A stretch of 64,000 nt of DNA from Mobula hypostoma (Eukaryota): the NCBI RefSeq assembly GCF_963921235.1, contig NC_086109.1, positions 9,736,001 through 9,800,000 on the forward strand. Reading direction: 5' to 3'. Shown here in pieces: positions 34,729 through 47,129 of this stretch. Positions within the stretch are counted from its first letter, which is position 1. Each line of letters begins with the position of its first letter. The notes beneath the pieces are model-generated. The model had not been told where the DNA came from. It saw only the letters and a list, made by a program, of their open reading frames with translations, and ran no database searches. A program made the translations under genes and the position numbers.

Positions 34729-36704
34729 AAACCTTGGATGAATTATGAGGTCAAGTCCCTTTTAAAGGCTAGAGCTGCGGCTTTTAGGTCCGGGGATACC
34801 TGTGGCTACACGGAATCCAGGCGTGAACTCCGGAAGCCATTAGGGCGCCAAGAGGCAATATCGAACCAAGTTGGAAGCCCAGGCTAACCAAAGGGATGCC
34901 AGTAGACTATGGCAGGGTATAAATGAGATCACTGGGCGCAAAGAAAAGGCTGGAAATATCAATAACTGTGGCGCTTCTCTTCCTGACAAACTTAACGTAT
35001 TCTATGCAAGATTCGAACAGAAGAGGAGCGTCCCGCTCCCTCCAGATGAACCGGACCTGGTGGCATCGAGATTCATCATCACCGAGGAGGACGTTAGAAG
35101 GGCCTTCCTGAAAATAAATCCAAGGAAGGCGACGGGCCCAGTTGACGTCCCAGGATGGGTTCTCCGGGCCTGTGCAAGCAAGCTAGCTGGAGTGTTTGCT
35201 GACATCTTCAACTGCTCCTTGCTTCAGTCTAAGATCACCTCATGTTTTAAGGAGGTAACGATAATCCCAGTGCCGAAGAAGAGTAAGGTGGCATGCCTGA
35301 ATGACTATCGACCTGTGGCTCTGACATCAATTGCTATGAAGTGCTTTGAGAGATTGGTTATGGCACACATCAACCACAGCCTACCGGTCAACCTCGACGC
35401 TTTGCAATTCGCCTACCGGAGCAACAGGTCAATGGCAGATGCTATCTCTCTGGCCCTACATTCTTCCTTAGAACACCTGGAGAATAAAGACGCATATGTA
35501 AGGCTCCTTTTCATTGACTACAGCTCTGCCTTTAATACCATCATTCCAAATAAACTTATTCCTAAGCTCCAGAACCTGGGCCCTAGCACTCAGATCTGCA
35601 GCTGGATCTTCAACTTCCTCACAGAGAGGGCCCAGGCTGTAAAAATAGGGGACAAGCTCTCCTCTACAATCACTCTGAGCACCGGTGCCCCACAAGGCTG
35701 TGTACTCAGCCCCCTGCTGTACTCACTGTACACCCATGATTATGTAGCCAAGTTTCCATCAAACTCAATATATAAGTTTGCTGATGACACAACAATTGTA
35801 GGCTGTATCTCAGGTAATGATGAGTTTGAGTACAGAGAGGAAATTAAGAACCTGGTGGCATGGTGCGAAGATAATAACCTATTCCTCAACGTCAGCAAGA
35901 CGAAGGAATTGGTTGTTGACTTCAGAAGGAGTAGCGGACTGCACGATCCAATTTACATCGGTGGTGTGCACATGGAACAGATCAAAAGCTTTAAGTTCCT
36001 TGGGGTCAACATCACAAATGACCTGACTTGGTCCAACCAAGCAGAGTGCACTGCCAAGGTGGCCCAACAGTGCCTTTACTTCCTGAGAAAACTAAAGAAA
36101 TTTGGCCTGTCCCCTAAAACCCTCACTAATTTTTATGGATGCACCGTAGAAAGCATTCTTCTAGGGTGCATCACAACCTGGTATGGAAGTTGTCCTGTCC
36201 AAGACCGAAAGAAGCTATAGAAGATCGTGAACAGGGCACAGAACATCATACAAACCAATCTTCCGTCCTTGGACTCACTTTACACTTTACAGGGCTGCCA
36301 GGATAATCAAGGACACGACCCACCCAGCCAACACACTTTTCGTCCCTCTTCCCTCTGGGAGAAGGCTCAGGAGCTTGAAGACTCGTACGGCAAGATTTGG
36401 GAACAGCTTCTTTCCAACTGTGATAAGACTGCTGAACGGATCCTGACCCGGATCTGGGCCGTACCCTCCAAATATCCGGACCTGCCTCTCGGTTTTTTTG
36501 TACTACCTTACTTTCCATTTTTCTATTTTCTAATTATGATTTATAATTTAAATTTTTAATATTTACTATTTTTTACTATTTTAAATATTTTAAATATTTA
36601 ATATTTGTAATCCAGGGAGTGGGAAGCGCAGAATCAAATATCACTGTGATGATTGTACATTCTAGTACCAATTGTTTGGCGACAATAAAGTATAAAGTTT
36701 AAAG
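34729..36704 (+). mobile_element. Young 5'-truncated Rex1/Babar LINE with an uninterrupted 449-codon RT-containing frame (34871-36220)
   Basis: LNDYRPVALTSIAMKCFERLV, LFIDYSSAFNTI, GAPQGCVLSPLLYSLYT and KFADDTTIVG; TAAAG-type tail; TSD taattgg at 34722-34728 and 36705-36711. Confidence 0.95.
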
Positions 36705-37854
36705 TAATTGGCATTACCTGCCTATCTGAGCCATAGTGAAAGAAGCATTTGATACTTGGACCACATTTAAATCAACTAACTTGCCTTCTGCCTTCAACAG
36801 AACTTCCTCGTGGAGCTAACCGGATTTCAACAGGAAGCCGGGATCTTAAAGGTGGCCAGAAAGGTCGCTGAGAGCAAAGATTATTACTTATTAGGTCCTT
36901 AGCAACAGAAAGTAATGGATACCGCCCAGTTAAAGTTCTCTTCACCTTCGAGTACACTTACAAGGAGCGCTGCCTCAGGAAAGCAGCATCCATCATCAAA
37001 GACCCCCCACCATCCAGGTAATACTCTCTTCTCATGACTACCATCAGGCAGGAGGTACAGGAGCCTTAAGTCCTGCACCATCAGATTTAGGAACAGTTAT
37101 TACTACTCAAACACCTGGCTCCTGAACTGACCCAAATAACTTTATTCACTACAACTCTGAGCTGATTCTACAACCTACACACTCACTTTCAAGGACTTTA
37201 CAACTTATGCTCTCAGTATTACTTTATTTTTACTTACACAGTTTGTCTTCTTTTGCACATTGGTTGTTTGTCAGACTTTGTTGACGTAGAGTTTTTTTTT
37301 CATGAATTCTATTGTATTTCTTTATTTTCCTGTAAGTGCCCACAAGGAAATGAATCTCATGGTTGTATATGGTTACATATCCGTAACTTGATAATAAATT
37401 TATTTTGAACTTTGATTCCTTTTGCCAAAAAAGTAACTCAAAGTCACATTTTCTGATCTCCGTTTACCATACCATTGGAAAAAGTTCTTCCATCAATCAA
37501 AATCTGAGCTTCCATAAGCTACTCAACGTGACAAGGCCATTCATACTAGGTCTCTTTCATATCAACTCACTAGCTCTGCCATCTCGTCCCCTTTTTGAGG
37601 CCTTACAATTTTTTTCTTCTTATTTATCTAATTCCAACATGAAGGCCGCAGTCATAACTTCTGTGGAGTGTGCACTTCAGATTCCACATGGTCCTCAAAA
37701 ATGTCTGGCTTCGTACCTCCCATAATTCTTTTCCACTTTATTTTATACATTGTCCTCGTCACCATTGGGAGCAGTCTCCCTCCTCCCACTCCGTCCAATC
37801 TCCCTCATCATTTATACACTCCATCAAATCACTACTTAGCCTTTGAAGAAAAGA

Positions 37855-38282
37855 ACATAGAACATAAGACAGAGTAGCAGAATTAAGCCATTCAGCCTAT
37901 TGAGTCTGTTCCGCCATTCCATCATGGCTGATAGATGCTAACTGCATTTCATTGGCTTTGTATCTGTACTCGGCACAATGACAATAAAGCTGAATCTAAT
38001 CTAATCTATATTATCCCTCAATGCCATTCTTCTGCCTTCTCCCCATACCCTTTGACGCCCTACTAATCAAGAAACTTCACCTTAAATATACCCAGTGACT
38101 TGGCATCCAAAGCCTTCTGCGTGGCAAGGAATTTCATCGATTCGCCTCCCTCTGGCTAAAGAAATTCCTCCTCACCTCTGTTCTAAAGGGGCGTATGTAT
38201 ATTTTGAGGCTGTGCTCTCTGGTCCTAGACTCTCCCACTAAAGGAATCCAACTCCCCACATCCACTCTATCCAGACGCTTCA
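37855..38282 (-). mobile_element. CR1 3' end with an inserted Rex1-type tail (about 37933-38010, +)
   Basis: CR1 3' UTR motifs; the insert ends in (AATCT)n and matches the reverse complement of 19815-19890. Confidence 0.75.
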
Positions 38283-38319
38283 ATTACCACAACATTCAAG
38301 TCAAGTTTATTGTCATTTA

Positions 38320-38946
38320 ATGGCGGGAGGAGAGAGAGCAGCGCGCCGCGCGTGCGCAGCCGTCCGGTGAAAAATGATATTGTATCCGTTAAATAGGGGC
38401 CGTGGACAATTCTGATTTGATGGAGACAGCCATGAAAGCACAGAGGAACATCTGGAGAAATTTCTGAGAAGCCAGTTCGCTGCTGTTGTTACTGCGCAGT
38501 TGGGAATCTTCCGGAGGGAAGGCCTCAAAATCCTCGGCTTTGCCTGCTGTTGGCGGCTGAGATGGAGGTGGAATCGTTCGGACAGAGATGGCACTCAGTA
38601 CTCGGTGTCGGAGAGCTGATCGGAGGCTCAAAGTTTTCGGATGACTCAGAGTTGGACTGTGGTCGGGGCATGGCGGGGAGAGTTTTTCTTCCTTCTCCCG
38701 TCTGCGTGAGATGTGGGACATTTGAGAGACTTTGAAATTTTACTGTGCTCATAGACTTCCTCATCAAATTATGGTTTTGTTGCACTGTTGTAACTATATG
38801 TTATAATTATGTGGTTTTGTTAGTTTTTTTAATCTTGGTCTGTCCTGTGTTTTGTGATTATCACACCGGAGAAAATATTGTATCATTTCTTAACGCATGC
38901 ATTACTGAATGACAATAAAAGAGGACTGCGCGTCTTCATAATCTAA
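38320..38946 (+). mobile_element. About 625-bp CpG-rich non-coding insertion with a LINE-like tail
   Basis: Splits a Rex1 tail (caagtttattgtcatttaa | ctatattcacgtat). Head atggcgggagg...gcgcgccgcgcgtgcgc; tail gaatgacaataaaagaggactgcgcgtcttcataatctaa. Confidence 0.7.
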
Positions 38947-39630
38947 CTATATTCACGTATACTGTCAAATGAGAAAATGTTTCTCTGGACCAGAGTGTAA
39001 AGCACAGTAGTACACACAACACACAATAACTTAGGGAAGTAAGAATAAAAGCTCCGAATGAATTACACATAGATAAACACAGTAAAGTGCATAAATTAAA
39101 TATCGTAGGGTACAGAACAAATTAATCAGTGACACTCTAAGGAAGGAAACCATTCTTGTCTTAATGCATTGAAGTCTTCTGCCTGATGGTAGAAAGTCAA
39201 GGAGGATGCTGGATGGCTGGGTGGGATCCTTGATAATACTAAGGGCCTTGCGCATGCAGCACTCCTGATAAATGTCCCTGATGGATGTTGGGAGACCCCT
39301 ATGATCCTCTCAGCCATTGTCACAGTCCTTTGTAGGGACTTCCGGTCCAATGCTCTGCTGCTTCCATACCAGATGAAGATGCAGCTTGTTAAGACACTCT
39401 CAATGATGCTCCTGTAAAATTCAGCAAAGATGGGGGGTGGGGGAGCTTCGCTTATCTCAATATCCTCATGAAGTGGAGAGGCTGCTGTGCCTTCTTATTC
39501 AGGGAGGTGATATCGAGGGACCAGTTGAGGTCGTCCATGATGTGAACTCCCAGGAACTTGGTGTACGTTACTCACTCTACGGAGGAGCCATGTAAGCACA
39601 AAGGGAGATGGTTCATCTGCACCTTCCTAA
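38947..39630 (-). mobile_element. Rex1/Babar 3' portion
   Basis: DRKSLQRTVTMAERIIG and RKALSIIKDPTQPSSILLDFLPSGRR. Confidence 0.8.
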
Positions 39631-40124
39631 CCTTAGACCCTCAACTTTTAGCCATTCAGTTCATTTAGGCATAATTAGGAGAGGAAGTGAGTTTTCCAGC
39701 AATATCATTACCCCTTGACTGAATTAATAAATGAAGGAATCAGGTAACTTTAGTCCCCTTTAGTCTATTGGATCCTCTGTAACATCTTCATATCCTTCCT
39801 GTCATTAGGCAATCAGAATTGAACACAAGGCCAGTGTTTTATAAAGGCACAGCATGACCTCTCTGTTTTCAGAGTCAATGCGTCTATTGATAAACTGCAG
39901 AGAGTGTATGGTTTACATACACTGACTCAACCAGCTTACTCAACCCCTGGCTCCCTCTTATCTGAACATATTTTGACCCGGCTCCTGGATAAGATGAACT
40001 GAGTGACTGAGCAAAAACTCGGCCAAAGGAGTTCACAGTGGGAAAGTGTAAGGTATTGCACTTTGGTAAGAAGAACCAACAGGTGGATGTTATCTAAGTG
40101 GAGGGAGGAGCAGCACAAGACAGT

Positions 40125-40322
40125 GGGGTTCAATTCTGCCAATGTCTGTAAGGAGTTTATACCTTCTCCCCGTGACTGTATGGGTTTCCTCCGGGTGCTC
40201 TGGTTTTCTCCCACATTCCAAAAATGTACTGATTTCTAGGTTAATGGTCACATAATTGGGCCGCATGTGCTCGTTGGGTTGGAAGGGGCTGTTACTGTCC
40301 TGTGTCTCTAAATAAAAAAAAC
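40125..40322 (+). mobile_element. V-SINE, 5'-clipped
   Basis: gggttcaattctgccaatgtctgtaaggagttt...gggtttcctccgggtgctctggtttt. Confidence 0.75.
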
Positions 40323-40325
40323 AAA

Positions 40326-40955
40326 TACCATATAACCATATAACAATTACAGCACAGAAACAGGCCATCTCGGCCTTTCTAGTCCGTGCCGAACGCTTAC
40401 TCTCACCTAGTCCCACTGACTTGCACTCAGCCCATAACCCTCCAATCCTTTCCTGTCCATATAGCTATCCAATTTTGCTTTAAATGACAATATCAAACCT
40501 GCCCCTACCACTTCTGCTGGAAGCTTGTTCCACATAGCTACCACTCTCTGAGTAAAGAAGTTCCCCCTCATGTTACCCCTAAACTTTTGCCCCCTAACTC
40601 TCAACTCATGTCCTCTTGTTTGAATCTCCCCTACTCTGAATGGAAAAAGCCTATCCATGTCAACTCTATATATCCCCCTTATAATTTTAAATACCTCTAT
40701 CAAGTCCCCCCTCAACCTTCTACGGTCCAAAGAATAAAGACCCAACTTGTTCAACCTTTCTCTGTAACTTAGGTGCTGAAACCCAGGTAATATTCTAGTA
40801 AATCTTCTCTGTACTCTCTCTATTTTGTTGACATCTTTCCTATAACTCAGTGACCAGAACTGTACACAATACTCCAAATTTGGCCTCACCGATGCCTTGT
40901 ACAACTCCTATACTCAATGCTCTGATTTATAAAGGCCAGCATACCAAAAGCTTTC
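40326..40955 (-). mobile_element. Young CR1 3' end
   Basis: 165-aa frame VRPNLEYCVQFWS...IERVQRRFTRILPG...TRGHELRV, with a (CCATATAA)n tail. Confidence 0.92.
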
Positions 40956-41070
40956 TGAAAATAAGAAGTGAAATTCAGAGTGAATAATCCTCAGCTGATG
41001 ATTCCTTTATTTACTTAGTCAATCATGGGATTTGGACATTGCTAGAAAGCATAACATTCACTCTCCTAAG

Positions 41071-41262
41071 CAACACACACGAAATGCTGGAGGAACTCAG
41101 CAAGTCAGGCAGCATCTATGGAACAGTCCCGAGGAAGAGTCTCAGCTTGAAACATCTCTTTTCCATAGAGGCTGCATGACCTGCTGAGTTTCTCCAGCAT
41201 TTTGTGAGTGTTGCTCTGTATTTCCAGCATCTGCTGACCTTTTTGTGTTTGTGATCTGTGAA
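41071..41262. mobile_element. Fold-back Penelope-type repeat, decayed, with a central deletion
   Basis: Inverted arms aaatgctggaggaactcagc / gctgagtttctccagcattt; imperfect TSD actctcctaag / actcgcccaag. Confidence 0.75.
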
Positions 41263-41412
41263 ATTACTCGCCCAAGTTAGGAGGAGGGATAAAACAGTCC
41301 GAGGTCAGTTCAGACTGATGAGCCTGGAGTCACTAATTGATAGGGCAGGAAGTTTGGTGGATTCTGTTCTCCAAAGACCTTCAGTCAACCAAATGACTCT
41401 TCATAATAATTT

Positions 41413-41603
41413 ACTCACAAACAGGAGAAAATCTGCAGATGTCAGAAATCCAAGCAACACACACAAAATGCTGGAGGAACTCAGCAGGCCAGGCAGCATC
41501 TATGGAAAGAAGCGGAAGGGTCTTGGCCCGAAACATTGACTGTACTTTTTTCCGTAGATGCTGTCTGACCTGCTGAGTTCCCTCCAGCATTTTGCGTGTG
41601 TTA
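41413..41603. mobile_element. Fold-back Penelope-type repeat with a perfect 14-bp TSD
   Basis: TSD cttcataataattt at 41399-41412 and 41604-41617; only a partial hammerhead remains (gaagggtcttggcccgaaacattgactg). Confidence 0.85.
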
Positions 41604-41738
41604 CTTCATAATAATTTGGCAGTTTCACTATTAATGAGAATGTATTTTTTAATCCCAGCTTTATTTAATGAATTGAATTTAATTTCCCCAGTTACAACTC
41701 ACATCTCTGAATCCATGAACTCTATCCCCTTATTCCTT

Positions 41739-41941
41739 CACATGAGAAAATCTGAAGATGCTGGAAATCCAAAGCAACACATATAGAATGCTGGAGGAAC
41801 TCAGCAGGCCAGGCAGCATCCATGGAAAAGAATAACAAGTTGATGTTTCGGCCGAGACCCTTCTTCAGAACCCTGCCCTGATGACACTTCGGTCCGAATT
41901 GTCAACACTTTTCCGTAGATGCTGCCTAGCTTGCTGAGCTT
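41739..41941. mobile_element. Fold-back Penelope-type repeat with a 12-bp TSD
   Basis: TSD cccttattcctt at 41727-41738 and 41942-41953; decayed hammerheads in both arms. Confidence 0.85.
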
Positions 41942-42874
41942 CCCTTATTCCTTTTTATTTTACAGTGTATTTAATTTTGCATTTTATAGTATTTTTCCTT
42001 TGCACTATTTTCAGAACAGCTTCTTCCCCTCCGCCATCAGATTCTTGAACAGATAATGAACTCATGAACACTATCTCACTATTTTTGGTCACTTTCTGCA
42101 CTACTTATTTAACTTTATATCTTTGGATTCTATTCTTAGTTCTAGAATATTCCATTCTATGTCTATTGATGTAGATTACATTACTTCCACAAAGCAACAA
42201 CTTTCATGTCTGTTAAATCAGTGATTATCAATCTGATTCTGATCATTGGACCCAGCCTCTGAATATTAATATAATACCTTGACTCTCTTTAAGTATCAGT
42301 ATGTCATTACCAAAGATAATTTACATTGATCATGTATCATATGTTTACATTTTTGTATTGATAAATTACCTTTTATTTTACTCTTTGATACTGAATTGGA
42401 ACAGTCAGTGCATTTTTGTACCAGGAAGAACAGTCACACCTGAATGGTCACACAAAAGAACAATTTACAATCCTGTGCTTTGAAGTCTGGTACATAATTA
42501 CACTGTCTTTCCAAAGGAGTTGTTTCCTGTCTCTTAGGGATTACTTTGTTGATCTTTTCAATTAAGATTTATTAAGAGCCACAGGTAAAGAGATTATTAA
42601 CAGACTATTTATAGACATGCTTCTAACTTAAACACAATGTTCTCAGTAAGAAATCCTTCACAGGTCCACATTAACAGAGACTAAGATATCATAACTGTTG
42701 GCTTTCTTTCTTAGTGTAAATCAGTAATACAAGCAGTTTTATAGAAGACAGCCAGCAATATTCTTATTAGTGGTGGATTTTTCAGGCTCACTAACATATA
42801 AATTTGTTGCTTTAAATTGCCAGGAATGGCCACAGTTTTCTGTTTTGAAAGCAGCTAATGCAGTATCAATAGTG

Positions 42875-43580
42875 GTCAAAGTTCAAAGTTCAAAGTAGGT
42901 TTACTATCAAAGTACATCTATGCCACCTCCCTAAGATTCATTTTCTTGTGGGAATTCACAGTAAATACAAAGAACCAATGAAAAGCCACACATAAGACAG
43001 ACAAACAACCAATGTGCAAACGACAAAGAACTGTGTAAATATAAAAAGAAAGCGTAAATAATAATAATAATTAATAAATAAGCAATAACTATCAAGAGCG
43101 TGAGATGAAGAGTCCTTGAAAGTGAGTCTATAGGTTGTGGGAACAGTTCAGTGATGGGGTGAGTGAAGTTGAGTGATCTTGTTATCTGCTGTGGTTCAAG
43201 AACATGATGGTTGAAGGGTAGTAACTGGTCCTGAACTTGGTGGTGGGGGTCCTGAGGCCCCTGTACCTCCTTCCTGAGGGCAGCAGAGAGAAGAGAGCAT
43301 GGCCTGGATGGTGAGGGACCTTGATGATGGATGCTGCTTTCTGGCACAACACTCCTTGTAGATGTGCTCAATGGTGGGGAGGGCTTTGAACATGATGGAC
43401 TAGGTTGTATCCACTATTTTTTGCAGGCTTTTCTGTTCAGGAACATTGGCATTTCCATATCAGGTTGTGATGCAACCAGTCAGTATGCCCTTCATTGTGC
43501 GTCTATAAAAGTTTGTCAAAGTTTTAGATGACATGTTGAATTCTTGCAAACTTCTGAGAAAGTAGAGGTGATGTCACGCT
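42875..43580 (-). mobile_element. Rex1/Babar 3' portion
   Basis: LPTIEHIYKECCARK...SIIK.PHHPGHALFSLLPSGRRYR, with a (TTTGAAC)n tail. Confidence 0.8.
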
Positions 43581-44196
43581 ACCACAAAGAAGGAGCCAGA
43601 ATATGTAGCGGCACTTGCGGGCTCCTTAAGTTGTGTCAGTTGCTAACACAAATGACAAATTTCACTGTATGTTTCAATGAACATGCAATAAATACATGAA
43701 TCTGAATCTGAATAGAATGATTACACAAGTTACGGGAAAATAAATAGCAATGAGCCTGTAGTATCAGTAATTCATAACACTTGTGGTTATCTCTCATTCA
43801 TTGATCACCTGCAATTTTAAACCTGCTTAGCTCAACATGGTTTTATGGTCAGCATGCCCTTCTATCACATTAAACTTTATCTAAACAGATAGTTAAATGT
43901 GAAGCAATCAGTCTGTGGATTCAATCATTTCAGGAGGTCAGAAGTAGGGAGGGTGGTAAAGAAGGCATTAGGTGGGATGACCTTCATTAAAATCAGAACG
44001 AGAAACAGAATTAGTATCACCGACTGATATGACATGAAATTTGTTGTTTCTCTGTAGTAAATTGCCAACATCTGCAATAAGGGGAATAACAAGGTAATGA
44101 TCATGAGTTTATAGTCCAGTGAGAAATCAGATGGTGGAAGGGAAGGAAACTGTTTCTGAATTGTTGACTGTAGTTCATCAGCCACACTGAGCATAG

Positions 44197-44362
44197 AATC
44201 CTGAAGAAGGGTCTTGGCCTGAAACTTCGAACATTTGCTCTTTTCAATAGATGCTGACTGGTCTGCTGAAATGTTGACTGTTTACTGCCTAACCTGCTGA
44301 GTTCCTCCAGCATTTTGTGTGGGTCGCTTTGGATTTCTGGCGTTTGCAGATTTTCTCGTGAT
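44197..44362 (+). mobile_element. Penelope-type terminal repeat, decayed
   Basis: atcctgaagaagggtcttggcctgaaac...ctgctgagttcctccagcattttgtgtg. Confidence 0.7.
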
Positions 44363-44369
44363 TGAGTAG

Positions 44370-44885
44370 AGGGGCTGAGATATTCTGTTACAGTTGTACA
44401 AGACACTGGTGGGACCACACATGCAGCATGGGATACTGTTTTGGTCACTCTTTTATAGGAAAGACATACTTAGACCAGAAAGAGGGCAGAGAAGATTTAC
44501 AAGGATGTTGGCAGGACTCAAGGGCCTGAGTTATTTGAAGAGCTTGGACAGACTAGTTCTACATTTCTTGGATCATGAAAGATTAAGGTGTGGTCTTATA
44601 ATGGCAGATTAAATCATGGGGAGCACAGACAGGGTGAATGCACACACTTCTTTTTCCATGGTTGGGGAATTAAGAACTAGAGGGAGTAAGTTTAAAATGA
44701 AACGAGGAAGTTTTAACAGCTTTTCCACACAGAGGTTAGCATGTATATGGAACGAGCTGTCAGAGGTAGTGATAAAGGCAGGTACAATTACAACATTTAA
44801 AAGATATTTGCACAGGTACATGGATAGGAAAGGTTCAGAAGGATATGGGACAAATGTGAGCAAATGGGAACTGCTTGGTAGCCAA
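44370..44885 (+). mobile_element. CR1 3' portion
   Basis: YKTLVGPHMQH...QRRFTRMLAGL...WNELSEVV. Confidence 0.85.
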
Positions 44886-45526
44886 CATGACCATCATGGA
44901 AACATCTCTTTCTACTAAGAAAGATGAATTCACATGAGAGTAAACTGGAACAAGCAGCTATTTGCAATCCATTTGGGAAATATTAACATTTTATTCCACT
45001 GGACAGAACTAAAGCCATCTTATTTTGGGACAATTAAGTGAGTAGCATGAATGGGCCAGAGGGTAATTAATAATAATAATAATAATAATAATAAAACCTT
45101 TATTATTTAATAACTCAAAGTGCTTTAGATGATAAATATAAATCGATATAGACATAAAATATGAGATAAAATTAAAAACCTTAAGTAAACAAACATTATA
45201 TAGAATAAAATGTAATTGAATAAACTAAATTATATAATTATAATCAACATCAAAAGACATTAAGTAATCTTATGTCAAATTTTAAAAAAGTAGGTTTTTA
45301 GAAGTGTTTTGAAATGTTCCATAGTACCAGCAGATCAGCTGTAGGAGCCCTCTGTACTCTGATCTCTCTCTCATTGGTGGGGGAGAGTTTATTGCTGATT
45401 CTCGAGTCCGAGAACTTGGCAAACAAAAGCAATGTGACAGACTTTAACATCGCAATTCAGCGAGTTGTTTTTTTTGTCTTATTAATCTCCCCTCTTGCTG
45501 TGTATACCTCTCTGCCCCTTTATTAG

Positions 45527-45630
45527 TGGGGTGGGGTGGGGTTTTTAGGGGAGGGGAGGGGAGAGGAGAGGGAGAGGGAGAGGGAGAGGGAGAGGGCAGG
45601 GGAGGGCAGGGGAGGGGAGGGGAGGGAGAC
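45527..45630 (+). repeat. G-rich polypurine tract ((GGGGT)n, (GGGGA)n, (GAGAGG)n) with G-quadruplex/triplex potential
   Basis: Directly visible runs of G. Confidence 0.8.
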
Positions 45631-46464
45631 TGACTGATTGACTGACTGTGGTATGTTGAATTGCCAGGTGAATGATTAGTTTTTGTTTTACCGCAGCTCA
45701 TAGTCTTTCTTGGGGGCTTTGCTATTGGGGGGCGGAAGGTGCTGATGCTATTCGCCAAAGTAAGTGGGGGAAGGGGAAGGTTGATGCTTTGCTGCTGCTT
45801 GTGCGTGGGGGGGGGAGTATGGGGGGGGTTAGGATTCTAATGTTTTTTCAGTCACTCATTCTTCAGGGTACCTTTTTGTTTTTGTGGATGTTTGTGAAGA
45901 GCAAGAATTTCAGGTTGTGTATTGTATGCATTCTCTGATATTAAATGGAACTACTGAACTACGGAACTGTTGAACTAGCCTGGTGTATCTCAGTTGGTAC
46001 AGCATTCCAGATTTTTGTGCATAAGAGCAAATGGCCTTATCACCAGTTTTTATATGCTTGGATCTAGGAACACTAAGCAAACCAGTATTTACGGATCTAA
46101 GATTACAATTACTAGGGTAATTTTAACAAAGGTCAAAAGATTCTCTTTCACCATACTTCTTCAAGATTGCATTTATTGCCTTTAGCATTAATTAAAAAGA
46201 GGCAGAAATTAAACAAGCATTGCACCCAGTTTCATTGTATGTTAATAGATTAAAAATCCTCTCCCATGTTCTGGACTGGTCACAATGTACTGCACCATCA
46301 AGTCAGGTGCCAACACAAATCTTTGTTCTTCAATATATAGTGAGAACCTGGTCCTACACATCAGTAAATATACAATATGGGCAATTGCAACTGGGGAGTA
46401 TTAGTAAATTATATATCATGTTCAGGCTGATGTGAGATTAACATGGCATCATAGTCAAGATAAC

Positions 46465-46812
46465 TGTGTTTCCCATTATATCGATGACAGCATTGGTGTT
46501 GCTTCCTGCATCAATGTTGAACTTGTCAATTTCATCAACTTTGCCTCCAACTTCCACCCAGCCCTCAAATTTACTTGGTCCACCTCTGACACTTCTCAAA
46601 GATCAAAGTTTAAAGTTCAAAATAAACTTATCATCAAAGTATTTACGTATGTATATGTCACCATTTACTACCCAGATGTTAATTTATTTGTAGGCATTCA
46701 CAGAAAATGAATCTCAGTGTTGTATATGGTGACATATACTCTCCTTTTTCTTGATCTCTGAAGACAGACTAACCACTGGCATCTTTTACAAACCTACTGA
46801 CTCTCACAGCCT
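46465..46812 (+). mobile_element. Penelope RT fragment interrupted by an approximately 140-bp hairpin made of Rex1 tails
   Basis: YIDDSIGVASC...LVNFINFASNFHPALKFTWSTSDTS [insert 46598-46740] LLFLDL...IFYKPTDSHS are PLE RT and thumb motifs. Confidence 0.85.
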
Positions 46813-47129
46813 CATAAACCTTTTCTTCACTCGTTTCAGCTTTCTCCCCTCCTTCACCAGCTTTAAGGAGAGTCTGGTGGAGTCCTTCATTGGGCTGTTG
46901 ATTCAAGGGCAGAAGGTCAAGGTTCGTGGCTGGCAGTGGATAATGGACTACTTTTTCCAGCAGAAGTGGTGGACGTGGGTTCAATTGCAGCTTTTATGAG
47001 ATGTTTGAGTAAATGCACAGATGGGAGGGGTATGGCGGGTTCTGGTTCAGGTGAGGTCGACATGGCTAGGCAGAGCAGCAGTTTGGCATGGGCTAGGTGG
47101 GCCAAAGACCCTGTTTCTGTGCTATAGGA

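Noticed and set aside
34871..36220. Domesticated or retron-like reverse transcriptase gene
   Set aside because: A standard 5'-truncated Rex1/Babar LINE with a tail, TSD and sister copies; the frame is broken on both sides.
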